From an uncultured delta proteobacterium (lineage in GTDB: Bacteria; Desulfobacterota; Syntrophorhabdia; Syntrophorhabdales; WCHB1-27), in the NCBI GenBank assembly GCA_963810935.1, contig CAWEPK010000008.1:32001-96000 (forward strand): DNA of 64,000 bases. Direction: 5' to 3'. Numbering within the stretch: the first letter of the stretch is position 1; the number at the start of each line of letters is the position of its first letter. A model generated the notes under the pieces. It worked only from the letters and a program-made list of their open reading frames with translations, made no database searches and had not been told where the DNA came from. Below are positions 48,429 through 58,785 of this stretch, in pieces. A program made the position numbers and the translations under genes.

Positions 48429-49195
48429 TGATTCCAAAAGCCTACGCAAAGGCAGACAAGGACCAGCGGGAGAAAGTAATAGAGGAGTTCCTGCCCGTCA
48501 TCAAGCACCTCGCCTACAAGATGGCGAGGGGGTTTGAAAACGACAACTTCGTTGACGACCTCGTCTCCGCGGGCATCATCGGGCTCCTTGAGGTAATGGA
48601 GAAGTACGACCCGAGCAGGGGGGCGAAGCTGAACACCTTCGCCTACCTTCGGATCAGAGGGGCGATGATAGACGAGCTTCGCTCCAGGGACTGGTTCCCC
48701 CGAAGCGCAAGGGCCAAGGCGCGAAAAATCCAGGAAGTGTCAAGGAAGCTCGAGCACGAGATGGGGAGGTACCCGGATGAGGAGGAAATGGCCCGGGAGA
48801 TGAACATGGACCTCGACTCCTACCTTTCAATGATAAGGAGCTGCGGCAACCTCTCCGTAGTTAGCATCGAAGACATGAGCGAGGCGGTGGGGGAGAGCCG
48901 GGACAAGGTCATCGGCTACGTCCTCGAAGACGATGAAAGCCCCGAAAAGTACGCCGAGTTCTACGAGCTTGAGAGGATACTCGGCCAGGAGATTGACAGG
49001 CTTTCGGAACGCCAGAAGATGGTCCTTACGCTCTATTACCACGAAGACATGAACATGAAGGAGATCGCCAAGACCTTAGGCGTCACGGAGGCGCGGGTCT
49101 GCCAGATACACGCGCAGGCGGTTACCAACCTGAGGCCCGCGATGGAGAAGCACTTTAAGGGGGAACGGTCGTATGTAGGGAAGGGCGCTTCTTAA
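48428..49195 (+). CDS. fliA: flagellar sigma factor sigma28
   Basis: DDL.SAG.IGL, RIRGAMIDELR..DW.PRS, LYY.E...KEI...LGVTE.RV.QIH. Confidence 0.95.
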   Translation: MIPKAYAKADKDQREKVIEEFLPVIKHLAYKMARGFENDNFVDDLVSAGIIGLLEVMEKYDPSRGAKLNTFAYLRIRGAMIDELRSRDWFPRSARAKARKIQEVSRKLEHEMGRYPDEEEMAREMNMDLDSYLSMIRSCGNLSVVSIEDMSEAVGESRDKVIGYVLEDDESPEKYAEFYELERILGQEIDRLSERQKMVLTLYYHEDMNMKEIAKTLGVTEARVCQIHAQAVTNLRPAMEKHFKGERSYVGKGAS

Positions 49196-50355
49196 GGAAG
49201 CTCTTTCATGTAAAATGGAAGGAAGCTCGACAGGGCGACCAGGCAGCCCAAGGCTATATAGCCGACCCGGAAGCCGACCAGGTCGCCTGAGAGGCCCAAC
49301 AGGTAAGAGCCCAGGCCGCTGCCTGCGAACAGGCTGAAAGTAAGCACCACCCCCGTAGCCATGCTCCTCATGCTGGTGTTGAATACCCTGGCTATCGAAA
49401 CCAGTCCAACCGGAAAAAATCCCGTAACGAAAATCACCTGAAAAAAAAGGGCAACGCCGACCATGCCGGCGGAGGAGACCCCCACTGCTATAGTCATCAG
49501 GCCGGTAAGGAGCATCATGACGAAAGTGATCTTCTTCAGGCTGAACCTGTCCACCAGCACGCCGCAGAGAATGGCCACCCCAATCCCTCCGAGCCTGGAG
49601 AGGCCGAGGGTAGTGCTCGCGTAGGCGACGCTCAAGGAAAGCTCTTTGGTCAGGAAAAGTGGGATAGTGAAGTAAACTCCCCAATATGCGCCCGACGCGC
49701 AAATCCAGAGGGCCGCCATGATCCATAGCGAGCGCTGTTTGAAAAGCTCCGCGTGGACACGGGCGGTGGGCCGGACGACTTTCACTTCACGGCCTGCGAT
49801 GAGGAAGGGAACGGCACAGGTGCAGATGACGAACCCGAAGACGATGAATATCCCCCTCCACGGCAGAAAGTGAAGGATGGAAAGGGCGATGAGCGGGGTG
49901 GCGACTATGCTGAAGGACGCGGCGGAATCGTGGATCGCTATCGATTTGCCCCAATGCCTTTCACCGAAATAATCGGTGATGAGCGGCAGGGCGGCCGGCA
50001 GGTACACACCCGCTGCCGCGCCTGATACGCAGGCAAGCACGTAAAGCATCGAGATGGAGCGTGCAAAGGGCACCAGGAAGCAGACGGACGCAGCAACGCA
50101 AAGGCAAAGGATGATCGACCTCTTGTAGCCGAAAGCCCCGGCAAACATGCCCGCGAAGAAGATGGAGACACCGTAGCCGATCGATTGGAACATGAAGATG
50201 CTGCTCGCGCGGGCGTGCGTGATGGCGAACTCATCCTCGATTATCGGCAATAAGGGCGAAAAAATGGCCCTCATGCCGATGTTCATGAACCAGAGGACCC
50301 ACAGAAGAGAAAGGAACGTGAGCGCTCGACCCCGTAATTCCGCCTTCGATTCCAC
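49192..50355 (-). CDS. MFS transporter (start uncertain)
   Basis: About 12 hydrophobic segments, AGAFGYKR and G.LVDRF loop motifs. Confidence 0.85.
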   Translation of the reverse strand: MESKAELRGRALTFLSLLWVLWFMNIGMRAIFSPLLPIIEDEFAITHARASSIFMFQSIGYGVSIFFAGMFAGAFGYKRSIILCLCVAASVCFLVPFARSISMLYVLACVSGAAAGVYLPAALPLITDYFGERHWGKSIAIHDSAASFSIVATPLIALSILHFLPWRGIFIVFGFVICTCAVPFLIAGREVKVVRPTARVHAELFKQRSLWIMAALWICASGAYWGVYFTIPLFLTKELSLSVAYASTTLGLSRLGGIGVAILCGVLVDRFSLKKITFVMMLLTGLMTIAVGVSSAGMVGVALFFQVIFVTGFFPVGLVSIARVFNTSMRSMATGVVLTFSLFAGSGLGSYLLGLSGDLVGFRVGYIALGCLVALSSFLPFYMKELP

Positions 50356-50466
50356 ACCTCCATATAAACACGGACGAGGGAATAAAGGCAAGACTACTTT
50401 TCGGGACCGGGGGCTAAACGGTAGGGTGTTATCTGCTCTTTCAAGAAGACGCGGCCGGTGGCGTAA

Positions 50467-51271
50467 TCATAGACCCAGAGCCTCCAGCAGGTCGGATACC
50501 AGGTAATAATGGCCGAAGCCGTTCCCGGGAATAGTAGGTGAGAGACCCGGGCCTATCGAAAGGCCCTCCGCGGATGCCCGGGGCGCGCAGACCAGGAGCA
50601 CCGAAATGTCCTTCGGCAAAGGCGGCTCGTCCGTTGACGTCTTCCCATGCAAGCTTATATATACCCCCGACCTGTCCCCCTCTATCTTTTTTCCAAGCGA
50701 CTGACCGTCAGTGCCGGAAACTTCCCACAGGATCCACCTCGTCGCCTCCTGCGCAGGTGCGCGCCCTTTCGCTTCGTGGTGGTAGCCGACAACGACGAGG
50801 GCAAAGTTTTCCGTCTCTATGTTTCCCTCCGCGTCAAAACAGGGCTCTACCCGGATGCGGACCTTAAAGAGGCCGTGGTCCGCATCATACCAGAGATGGT
50901 TGCCCGGAGGACCGGCCGCGATGCTCACCCTGAAGGCGTACAGGTCGCCGTGCTCGCTTTCCCCGGCGCTGCCTCCATGCTGCCCCGGCCCCGGCTGCGT
51001 CGCCTCATGCCGGGTGTGCTGCCCGGACTCGAACGAGGCGTAAACCACCGTGATGTCGTGGCCGTTGTAATGCGGGGGCAGGTCCGCCTTGCTCGCGTCG
51101 AAGGGCGTGGTGTCGAAGATTATGGGCGCTTTACCGTTCTTATGGCCCCCGCCGAATTGAACGTCCTTTGCGCGGGAGCCCAGCTCGCGGCTTAAGAAGG
51201 CCGCCGCCCCGGCAACCGAAAAGAAGGGGAGCGGCCACGAGCACGAGTAATATTAAAAGAATCTTCTTCAT
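50467..51271 (-). CDS. hypothetical membrane-anchored/exported protein, frameshifted near 51215
   Basis: MKKILLILLVLVAAPLLF leader in one frame; long open frame continues to 50467. Confidence 0.45.
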
Positions 51272-51285
51272 ATGCATGCCAATAT

Positions 51286-51753
51286 TTAATCGATCATCAC
51301 CCTGTCGTTCGTTCCTTTCGGTTGCGAAGGCGTAAAGATGGAGATATATTGGAGCTCGCTGCCTGCTACGGCGCGGGTCGCGTGGGCCACACCGCGCGGG
51401 CAGGCATGGAAGTCCCCCGCCTTGACCGGGACCCATTTGCCGTTGATGTACATCTCCCCGTTGCCTTTGAACACGTAGATTAACTCGTCCACCGTCGTGT
51501 GGATGTGCCTGCCCAGGCCCCTGGTGTCACGGTTCGTCGTCATGACCGCGCTGCTTCGCGGCGACTCGAAAACCGTATCCCCGCGCGATGTCGTCCCTTC
51601 TTTCGGGGGATGCGCGGCAAACCATTCGTCGAGATGTATCAATACGGACTCCGGGGGAACTGCATCGATGAGGTGCCTGGCTATGGGCGCCGCTACTGCC
51701 TGCCCGAAGAAGAAGACTGCGCAGAGTGCTCCAACGGCCATCATTCGTTTCAT
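51286..51753 (-). CDS. exported cupin-domain protein
   Basis: AAAGGAGG RBS, signal peptide, HIH...DE.IYV.KG.G and P.GV.H motifs. Confidence 0.85.
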   Translation of the reverse strand: MKRMMAVGALCAVFFFGQAVAAPIARHLIDAVPPESVLIHLDEWFAAHPPKEGTTSRGDTVFESPRSSAVMTTNRDTRGLGRHIHTTVDELIYVFKGNGEMYINGKWVPVKAGDFHACPRGVAHATRAVAGSELQYISIFTPSQPKGTNDRVMID

Positions 51754-51913
51754 TGCGGTTGCCTCCTTTAGCAAGGGGTCTGGAAAGCTTATCAATGCTA
51801 CCACGCCCGGCCCGGACGATAAAGAGCAATTCGGTCCACCGGGCGGAGGCGGAAGTGCCGAGCGCCCTAAAGTGCGGCTCGCGCCTTTCCGATAACATCG
51901 ATGGACGGACCCG

Positions 51914-51947
51914 AGAAGAATTTTCCGGGTCATAGGAAATATTCTCC
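51914..51947. promoter_or_regulatory. tandem GGAA-N5-TTCC-like activator sites
   Basis: AGAAGAATTTTCC (reverse complement GGAAAATTCTTCT) and GGAAATATTCTCC. Confidence 0.5.
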
Positions 51948-52001
51948 GGGTGCCCGTGACGCGGGACCGCAAGATACATGAGAAACCATAGCGCGGCTCC
52001 C

Positions 52002-52017
52002 TGGTACGGATCGTGCA
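52002..52017 (+). promoter_or_regulatory. sigma54 promoter of the che operon
   Basis: TGGTAC-N5-GTGCA. Confidence 0.6.
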
Positions 52018-52071
52018 ATGTCGGTCTCGATGGCACCGGAGGCGAGGTACATACCTGCGCAGCGAGGACGG

Positions 52072-53104
52072 ATGATAGATGTACTAGTGGTCGATGATTC
52101 GAGGGTGATGACGCGGATCGTATCGAAGATCCTCGAAAAGGACCCGAACATCCGCGTGGTAGGGGTCGCCGCGAACGGTCTTGATGCCATAGAGAAGATC
52201 GAACAGCTCAAGCCCGCCGTTGTCACGATGGACGTCGCCATGCCCGTTATGAACGGGATAGACGCCCTCAAGCATATCATGGCAAACAACCCCGTTCCGA
52301 TCATCATGCTCAGACTCGCTCTCGCGCGATCATGCAGATATAACCATGGAGGCCCTTAACCTCGGGGCCTGCGATTTCGTTACAAAGGACTTCTCCAACT
52401 GGTCGCTGGCCGACAAGGAGAGGGAGCTTATCAGCAAAGTTAAGAACGTTTCCAGGAGCGGGATCAAGCTGCGCCTTCTCGCTTCCGCCCAGGGACGTCC
52501 GGTCCCGGAACCTGAGCCCGCACCCAGGCGCGTGCGCACCGGGCGGGAAATCCTCTCCATCGGCGCGTCCACCGGCGGACCGCCCGTCCTCCAGTATATA
52601 CTCTCCCACCTGCCGGATGATTTTCCCGTCCCTATCGTTATCGCCCAACATATGCCCCGGACGTTCACGCAGTATTTTGCTGAGAGGCTGGACAGGACGT
52701 CCCGCATCCGCGTCAAGGAGGCCGAGGACGGAGAGGTCCTGGAGCCCGGAGTCGCCCTGGTTTCGCCGGGAGACACGCATATCACGCTGAAAAGGAAGGG
52801 AGAGCGAACGACCGTGCACCTGGTCGTGGACGGCTCTTATATTTACCGCCCCTCCGTGGACCTTCTTATGCGCTCGACGGCCGAGGCCTATGAATCGAGC
52901 TGCGCCGGACTGATCCTCACCGGAATGGGCACCGACGGCCTGGCCGGCATGAAGGAGCTGAAATCGAAGGGTGGTTACGTGATTGCCCAGGACGAGGAGA
53001 CGTGCGTGGTCTACGGTATGCCCAAGGCCGTCGTTAACGCCCATCTTGCCGATGCGGTGCTGCCGACGGAGCGCATACCGGAGGAAATAATCAGGATATT
53101 ATGA
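52072..53104 (+). CDS. cheB: chemotaxis methylesterase (REC + CheB), +1 frameshift near 52314
   Basis: VVDDS, TMDV.MP; removing one base restores MLSSLSRDHADITMEAL; GASTGGP, QHMP, RPSVD, LTGMG.DG. Confidence 0.9.
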
Positions 53105-54957
53105 GGGAAAAGCCGATGGGGGATAGGGGAGCAAGGAAAGGTGGATCGGCCACGCTCGACAGGATGATCGCCCGGCTCGAAAGCTCCGACGACTTCGAAA
53201 GGGCCGGTATTCTGGAAAAAGCGGCGTCGGCGCCGAGCAGGGAGCTGGTGGAGGCCCTGGCGCTCCTCCTCTACGGCAAGAAAACTGCCCTGCGGATGGA
53301 CGTGCTCGACACCCTGCGCAAGATAGGAAATCACGCCATAGAGCCGGTGATCGGGCTTCTTTACAGCGAGCACGAGGACGTCAGGGTCTACGGGTGCGAG
53401 GTCTTGCAGAGCCTTAAAAATCCCCTGTCCCTTCCTCACCTTGTCGAGATGGCGCATGAGGAAAACGAAAACGTGAAGAACGCAGCCGTCGTCGCCCTCG
53501 GCGAGTTCGACGACCCGATGGCGGTAAACGTGCTTCTCGAAGTCCTTCAGGAGGAGGAATGGGCCGCCTTCTCGGCGATTTACAGCCTGGCAAGAATAGG
53601 CAGCAGGCGGGCGGTGCCTTCTCTTATGGACGTCTTCAAGAACCGGAGCGAAGAGCTTTCGCTTGCTGCCTGCGAAGCCCTCATGAGTTTTGACGACGAG
53701 AGGATAGTCGATGAGATAGTCGGCTTCATCGGCGGCCTCGACCCGGACAAGAAGCGCACGGTCGTGAGGATCGTCATGGAGCACGGGGACGGCCGGATAT
53801 TCGGCAAGCTGACCGGGCTCATGGGCGAGACGCTCTTGCAGCAACTGCTCGACCTCATTAAACAGCAGAAAGGGAAGTCTACGAAAATCGTCGACCTTCT
53901 GGCCTATTTCAAACACCCGGATTCCGTGCGGGCGTTGCTCGACATCCTGAAGGATATGGAGCCGGACGGGGGAGAATACGGCCATATCCTCGACCTCTTT
54001 ACGGACATGCGTGAAGTATGGGGTCCGGAAATAGAGGAATATCTCTCTGTTGAGGAGTACCGGCTGCCGGTCATCAGGGCATGCGGGGCGGCCCGCTGCC
54101 ACATAGGCGAGGGCCTGCTCCTTGGTGTCTTCCGCTCCTCGCCGCTCGCCGCCAAGAGGGAGATCATGAAGCAGTTGGGGAGGATCGCCAACGGGAGCGG
54201 CAACGTCATCATAAGCGAGGCGATGCGTGACGCGGACGGCCACATACAGGCGGAAGCGGTAGCCATTGCAGGAGACCTGACCATACGCGAGCTGGCGCCG
54301 GACGTGCTGCGCATTGCTAATAACGGCTATGCGGACGTGCGGGTCAGGGCATTGGCCGCGCTGATCAGGATAGACCGGGAAACGGCCGTTTCGACGATAG
54401 ACCGGTTCGTCAACGAAGGCACCACACAGGACAAAAGGACGTATCTGGCAGTCACGGGGTACCTGGACGGCGGCACGAACTTTTCCTTCCTGAAGACGCT
54501 CCTCAACGACGGCGACGATAAGGTGCGGCAGGTGGCCGTGAGCGTCGTCGGCAACTACGTGGAGGACGAGCGGTACCTCGACCTCTTCAGAGCGATGCTG
54601 GATGGCGGCAACGTGCCGGACGAGATGCTAAAGGTGATAGGAGAGAGGAGGCTGAAAGGTTTCAAGGACGTGCTCCTGAGGATGCTCACAGACCCTCTCC
54701 AGCCGCTATGGACCAGGTATCACGCCCTGGCGGCGCTGGGCGCCTTCAGGGACGCTTCGCTCTTCGCGGTTTTTGCGGACTGCCTGAAGGACAAAAACAA
54801 CCTCATTAAGATAGGCGGACTCAAGGCGTTATCGGCAATCGGCGAGAGGAGGGCCATCCCGCGCATCCGGCCCTTCACTAAGAGCATCGACGAGGACGTA
54901 AGGGCGGCGGCTGTAATCGCGCTGGAGCGCCTATCCCGGGCCGGGGGTTTATGCTGA
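53101..54957 (+). CDS. HEAT-repeat protein
   Basis: Repeated D.DVR..A..ALG-type units. Confidence 0.85.
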   Translation: MREKPMGDRGARKGGSATLDRMIARLESSDDFERAGILEKAASAPSRELVEALALLLYGKKTALRMDVLDTLRKIGNHAIEPVIGLLYSEHEDVRVYGCEVLQSLKNPLSLPHLVEMAHEENENVKNAAVVALGEFDDPMAVNVLLEVLQEEEWAAFSAIYSLARIGSRRAVPSLMDVFKNRSEELSLAACEALMSFDDERIVDEIVGFIGGLDPDKKRTVVRIVMEHGDGRIFGKLTGLMGETLLQQLLDLIKQQKGKSTKIVDLLAYFKHPDSVRALLDILKDMEPDGGEYGHILDLFTDMREVWGPEIEEYLSVEEYRLPVIRACGAARCHIGEGLLLGVFRSSPLAAKREIMKQLGRIANGSGNVIISEAMRDADGHIQAEAVAIAGDLTIRELAPDVLRIANNGYADVRVRALAALIRIDRETAVSTIDRFVNEGTTQDKRTYLAVTGYLDGGTNFSFLKTLLNDGDDKVRQVAVSVVGNYVEDERYLDLFRAMLDGGNVPDEMLKVIGERRLKGFKDVLLRMLTDPLQPLWTRYHALAALGAFRDASLFAVFADCLKDKNNLIKIGGLKALSAIGERRAIPRIRPFTKSIDEDVRAAAVIALERLSRAGGLC

Positions 54958-55778
54958 CAGACCGGGAATTCATACTCCTGAGAGACTTCGTCTACGAGAA
55001 GACCGGCATTTACTTCGCCGAGAACAAGGCCTATCTACTCGAGAGCAGGCTGGCGAACCGGATCGACGAGCTCGGCCTCTCATCCTTCGAGGAGTACCAT
55101 TATTACCTGAAGTACGGCGGCCTAAAGACGAGCCGGGAGCTGACGTCTCTCTTCGACCTCGTCACCACCAACGAGACCAGCTTTTTCCGGAACATGCCTC
55201 AGCTTTATGCCTTCACCACGGTCATTGAGAAAAGCTTCATGAACGGCCACAAGCCCCCGGGCACCGTGCGCATCTGGAGCGCCGGCTGCTCCACCGGCGA
55301 AGAACCGTACACGCTCGCCATACTGATGATGGAGGCGTGCGCGCGGACGGGCAGGAACGTGCCCTTCCACGTCTACGGGACGGACATAAGCTCGAAGGCG
55401 CTCGCCTCGGCCAAAAGGGCAGTCTTCAACAATTACAGCGTGAGGAATACGGACCGGGCGATACTCGATAGATACTTCACCCAGAAAAATGGCGCGTACA
55501 CCCTTTCGGACAAGGTGAAGAAGTACGTCAGCGTCGATTTCCTGAACTTAATGGATTCCGAATCTTACCGAAAATATAGGGAGATGGACATAGTGTTTTG
55601 CAGAAATGTACTCATATACTTCGACGATAGGGGGAAAAAGAAGGTGATTGATAACCTTTACCAGTGCCTGAAGCCCGGGGGGTATCTCACCATTGGCCAT
55701 GCCGAGACCCTTCACAATATATCCAGGGGCTTCAAGCCTTTGATATTTCCCGGCACGATCGCCTATCAAAAGGGATGA
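54951..55778 (+). CDS. cheR: chemotaxis methyltransferase
   Basis: TTNETSFFR, IWSAGCSTGEEPY, FCRNVLIYF, IGHAE. Confidence 0.95.
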   Translation: MLTDREFILLRDFVYEKTGIYFAENKAYLLESRLANRIDELGLSSFEEYHYYLKYGGLKTSRELTSLFDLVTTNETSFFRNMPQLYAFTTVIEKSFMNGHKPPGTVRIWSAGCSTGEEPYTLAILMMEACARTGRNVPFHVYGTDISSKALASAKRAVFNNYSVRNTDRAILDRYFTQKNGAYTLSDKVKKYVSVDFLNLMDSESYRKYREMDIVFCRNVLIYFDDRGKKKVIDNLYQCLKPGGYLTIGHAETLHNISRGFKPLIFPGTIAYQKG

Positions 55779-55780
55779 CT

Positions 55781-56152
55781 ATGAAAAAGATCCTGATTGT
55801 TGACGATTCTCCGACGATAAGAAAATTACTGGGGTATACGCTCAAGCGCAATAGCTACATTACCGAAGAAGCGGAAGACGGTATCGACGCAATGGAAAAG
55901 CTGAGCGGGTCAGAGATAGACCTTGTAATAGTGGACCTGAACATGCCTAACATGGACGGCATCTCCTTTGTGAAGAGCCTGAGAAGCGGTTACTACAACC
56001 TGGATGTGCCTGTAATCATGCTGACGACGACGAGCGACGACGAGCTGAGGGAAGAAGCGTACGGTGCGGGCATCAACCTGTTCCTTACGAAACCTATAAA
56101 GCCGGAGTTCCTTTTGGATAAGGTCGAAAGTCTTTTGGGCGGAGGCGCCTGA
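55781..56152 (+). CDS. cheY: single-domain response regulator
   Basis: IVDDS, DLNMP.MDG, MLTT, KP; inside the che operon. Confidence 0.85.
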   Translation: MKKILIVDDSPTIRKLLGYTLKRNSYITEEAEDGIDAMEKLSGSEIDLVIVDLNMPNMDGISFVKSLRSGYYNLDVPVIMLTTTSDDELREEAYGAGINLFLTKPIKPEFLLDKVESLLGGGA

Positions 56153-57951
56153 TGGAAGAAAGCATATCCGATAAAGACGAAATGCGGGAGATCATAGAGG
56201 AGTTCATCGTCGAGGCGAACGAGCTTGCGGAGAAGGCCATCCAGGACGTCGTCGCCATCGAGAACAATCCCGACGAAGAGCTGATCAACAGCATCTTCAG
56301 GGCGGTCCACACGATAAAGGGCACGTCCAGCTTTCTCGGGTTCGACACGCTCTCCACCCTCTCGCACAAGCTGGAAGATGTCCTGGGCCTGGTGAGGAAA
56401 GGCAACCTTAAGCCCCTGCAGGACGTGACTAACGCCTCTCTTGAGTCACTCGACCTGATCAGGGCGCTCCTCGAAGAGATAAAGGAAACGGGCTCGGAGA
56501 AGAGCGATACCGCAGCCGTAACAGAGAGGCTGGAGGCACTGAAGAACCCCGACAAGCAGAAGCTGGGAAAAATCCTCGTCCAGGACAGCGTTATCGAAGT
56601 GGACGACCTTCACGTCGCCCTGAACAAGCAGGAGGGCGGGAGAGACGAAAAACTCGGCCAGTTGCTCCTCGAAGACAAAGTCATGACCCAGGGGCAGCTT
56701 AATGGCTACCTGAAGAAGCAGAAGACCGGCATGCACAAGGAAGAAAGCACCATCCGGATAGAGGTCAAAAAGCTGGACGAGCTGATGAACCTCGCGGGGG
56801 AGCTGGTGCTCGGCAAGAACAGGCTGATCCTGCTCAATAACACGGTCAAGAAGAGCGAAGCCAGGAACAACCTCGCAGACAGTCTGGCCGACATAACGAA
56901 CTACATGGAGCTGGTCACGAACGAGCTGCAGCTCGCGGTCATGCGGGCAAGGCTCGTGCCGATAAGCAAGCTTTTCAACAAAGTCCCGAGGCTCGTGAGG
57001 GACCTGGGCGGCGAGTTCGACAAGGACATCGAGCTGGAGATGGAGGGCGAGGAGACGGAGCTGGACCGCTCCCTGATCGAGGCCCTTCACGACCCCCTCA
57101 TACATATTATCAGGAACTCGATCGACCACGGCATCGAGAGGCCCGAGGAGAGGGAGAAGAAAGGCAAGCGGGGAAAAGGGCAGCTTACGCTTAAGGCATA
57201 CAACGAAGGCAACAATGTCCTGGTGGAGATATTCGACGACGGCAAGGGCATAGACGTCGAGGCCGTCAAGAAGAAGGCCCGCGAGAAAGGGCTGATAACC
57301 GAGGCCGAGATTGCCACGCTGTCGGCGCGGGAGGCCATGGGCCTCGTCTTCGCCGCCGGACTGAGCACGGCCGCCTCGGTAACCAGCGTCTCGGGCAGGG
57401 GCGTCGGCATGGACGTTGTAAGGAACAACGTCGAAAAAATGAACGGCCAGGTCTCCATCGACTCGGAAGAGGGCCGCTGGACGCGCCTGACCCTGCGGCT
57501 GCCCCTGACGCTCGCAATAATGCGGGCCCTTATAGTAAGGGTGTTCGACGAGCTGTTCGCGATACCCCTCAACACCGTCACCGAGCTGGTCAAGCTGGAC
57601 GAGGGGTTGATAAAGTCGGTAGAAAGGAAAGAGGTAATCGTCCTGAGGGACAGGGTGATCCCGGTGGTCGACCTGGCGGACGTCTTCGCGGACGTGCCGC
57701 GGGCGGAGGAAGCGGAGGACAAGTACGTCGTCATCTGCAACGTCGGCGACAGGGCGATAGGCATCAAGGCCCGTGCGGTCGAGGGGCAGGAAGAGGTTGT
57801 CATAAAACCTCTCGGGACGTTCCTCGGCAACGTGAAGGGCGTGGGCGGCGCAACGATAAGGGGGGACGGCAAGGCGATCCTCATCCTCGACATGTCCGCC
57901 CTGATCGATCATATCTCCCTGCATAAGAACGCGTTCAGGAAGATCGCGTAG
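56152..57951 (+). CDS. cheA: chemotaxis histidine kinase with MshEN-like insert
   Basis: FRAVHTIKG, LD.LMNL.GELV, HIIRNSIDHG, DDGKG, SGRGVGMD, LPLTLAI, CheW domain. Confidence 0.95.
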   Translation: MEESISDKDEMREIIEEFIVEANELAEKAIQDVVAIENNPDEELINSIFRAVHTIKGTSSFLGFDTLSTLSHKLEDVLGLVRKGNLKPLQDVTNASLESLDLIRALLEEIKETGSEKSDTAAVTERLEALKNPDKQKLGKILVQDSVIEVDDLHVALNKQEGGRDEKLGQLLLEDKVMTQGQLNGYLKKQKTGMHKEESTIRIEVKKLDELMNLAGELVLGKNRLILLNNTVKKSEARNNLADSLADITNYMELVTNELQLAVMRARLVPISKLFNKVPRLVRDLGGEFDKDIELEMEGEETELDRSLIEALHDPLIHIIRNSIDHGIERPEEREKKGKRGKGQLTLKAYNEGNNVLVEIFDDGKGIDVEAVKKKAREKGLITEAEIATLSAREAMGLVFAAGLSTAASVTSVSGRGVGMDVVRNNVEKMNGQVSIDSEEGRWTRLTLRLPLTLAIMRALIVRVFDELFAIPLNTVTELVKLDEGLIKSVERKEVIVLRDRVIPVVDLADVFADVPRAEEAEDKYVVICNVGDRAIGIKARAVEGQEEVVIKPLGTFLGNVKGVGGATIRGDGKAILILDMSALIDHISLHKNAFRKIA

Positions 57952-57984
57952 CGGGAGAATATATACCCGGAAGGAGGGTAGGCG

Positions 57985-58455
57985 ATGAACGAAGGAAAAA
58001 TCCTGCAGCTCGTGACGTTCAAGCTCGAAAATGAGGAGTTTGCGGTCGATATACTTAAGGTCCAGGAAATAAACAAGATGATCGACATAACCCGCATACC
58101 GAACGCGCCGTCCTTCGTGGAGGGCGTGATCAACCTGAGGGGAAAGATCATACCCATCGTCGACCTGCGCAAGCGGCTCGGCTTCGAAGGCAGGGCCTAC
58201 GACAAATCGACCAGGATAATCGTCGTCGAGCTGGACGCTATGGTGCTTGGCTTCGTCGTCGATTCGGTCTCGGAGGTCCTGAGGGTCTCGGAGAGCACCG
58301 TGGAGCCGCCCCCGCCGATGGTGGCAGGCATAGAGTCGGACTACATCGAAGGGGTGGGCAAGCTGGATAACAGGCTCCTTATACTCCTGGAGCTTAAAAA
58401 GGTATTCTCCGGCGCGGACAGAAGGGAATTAGAGAGGACCGCCGGGAATAACTGA
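57985..58455 (+). CDS. cheW: chemotaxis coupling protein
   Basis: VQEI, IPNAP..EGVINLRG.IIP.VDLR, VDSVSEV. Confidence 0.95.
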   Translation: MNEGKILQLVTFKLENEEFAVDILKVQEINKMIDITRIPNAPSFVEGVINLRGKIIPIVDLRKRLGFEGRAYDKSTRIIVVELDAMVLGFVVDSVSEVLRVSESTVEPPPPMVAGIESDYIEGVGKLDNRLLILLELKKVFSGADRRELERTAGNN

Positions 58456-58465
58456 AGGAGGACCG

Positions 58466-58702
58466 ATGGACTTTAAGAGTTTTTCGGCCGATTCCATCGT
58501 TACGGTACAGGGCATAGGCAGGGAATGGGCAATGCCCGGCAGGCACGGCCCGCCCTTCCTCAAGCGGTACAAAGGCCCTGTTCGGGATAACGACGGGCGC
58601 AGGGCGCCCGACCGGCACGAGCACCCCCCTTCGGAAGAAAGGGACGAGGCCCCGTCGAAGGAAACCGGCAGCCTGAACGAGGGTTTTGAGATTACGGTAT
58701 GA
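58466..58702 (+). CDS. small hypothetical protein
   Basis: AAGGAGG RBS; fills the cheW-flgF gap. Confidence 0.5.
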   Translation: MDFKSFSADSIVTVQGIGREWAMPGRHGPPFLKRYKGPVRDNDGRRAPDRHEHPPSEERDEAPSKETGSLNEGFEITV

Positions 58703-58717
58703 AAAAATTGCTCAGGC

Positions 58718-58730
58718 GGAAAAAAATTCC
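58718..58730. promoter_or_regulatory. GGAA-N5-TTCC activator site
   Basis: CAGGC-GGAAAAAAATTCC, same 5' flank as the site at 36052. Confidence 0.55.
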
Positions 58731-58785
58731 GTTCTAGCCCGCCGCACAGACCCGCAATTCCGCCGGTACACCACGCTTATGGCAG

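Noticed and set aside
52310..52320. Programmed frameshifting or phase variation in cheB, flgA, flgI
   Set aside because: No slippery heptamer or long homopolymer/SSR tract at the sites.
56446..57924. Long antisense ORFs (here and opposite mgtA, fliM, cheB, HEAT)
   Set aside because: Shadow frames expected from GC-rich codon bias opposite well-supported genes.
58470..58500. Possible sigma28 promoter (TAAGAGTTT...GCCGAT)
   Set aside because: Spacing between elements is too short.
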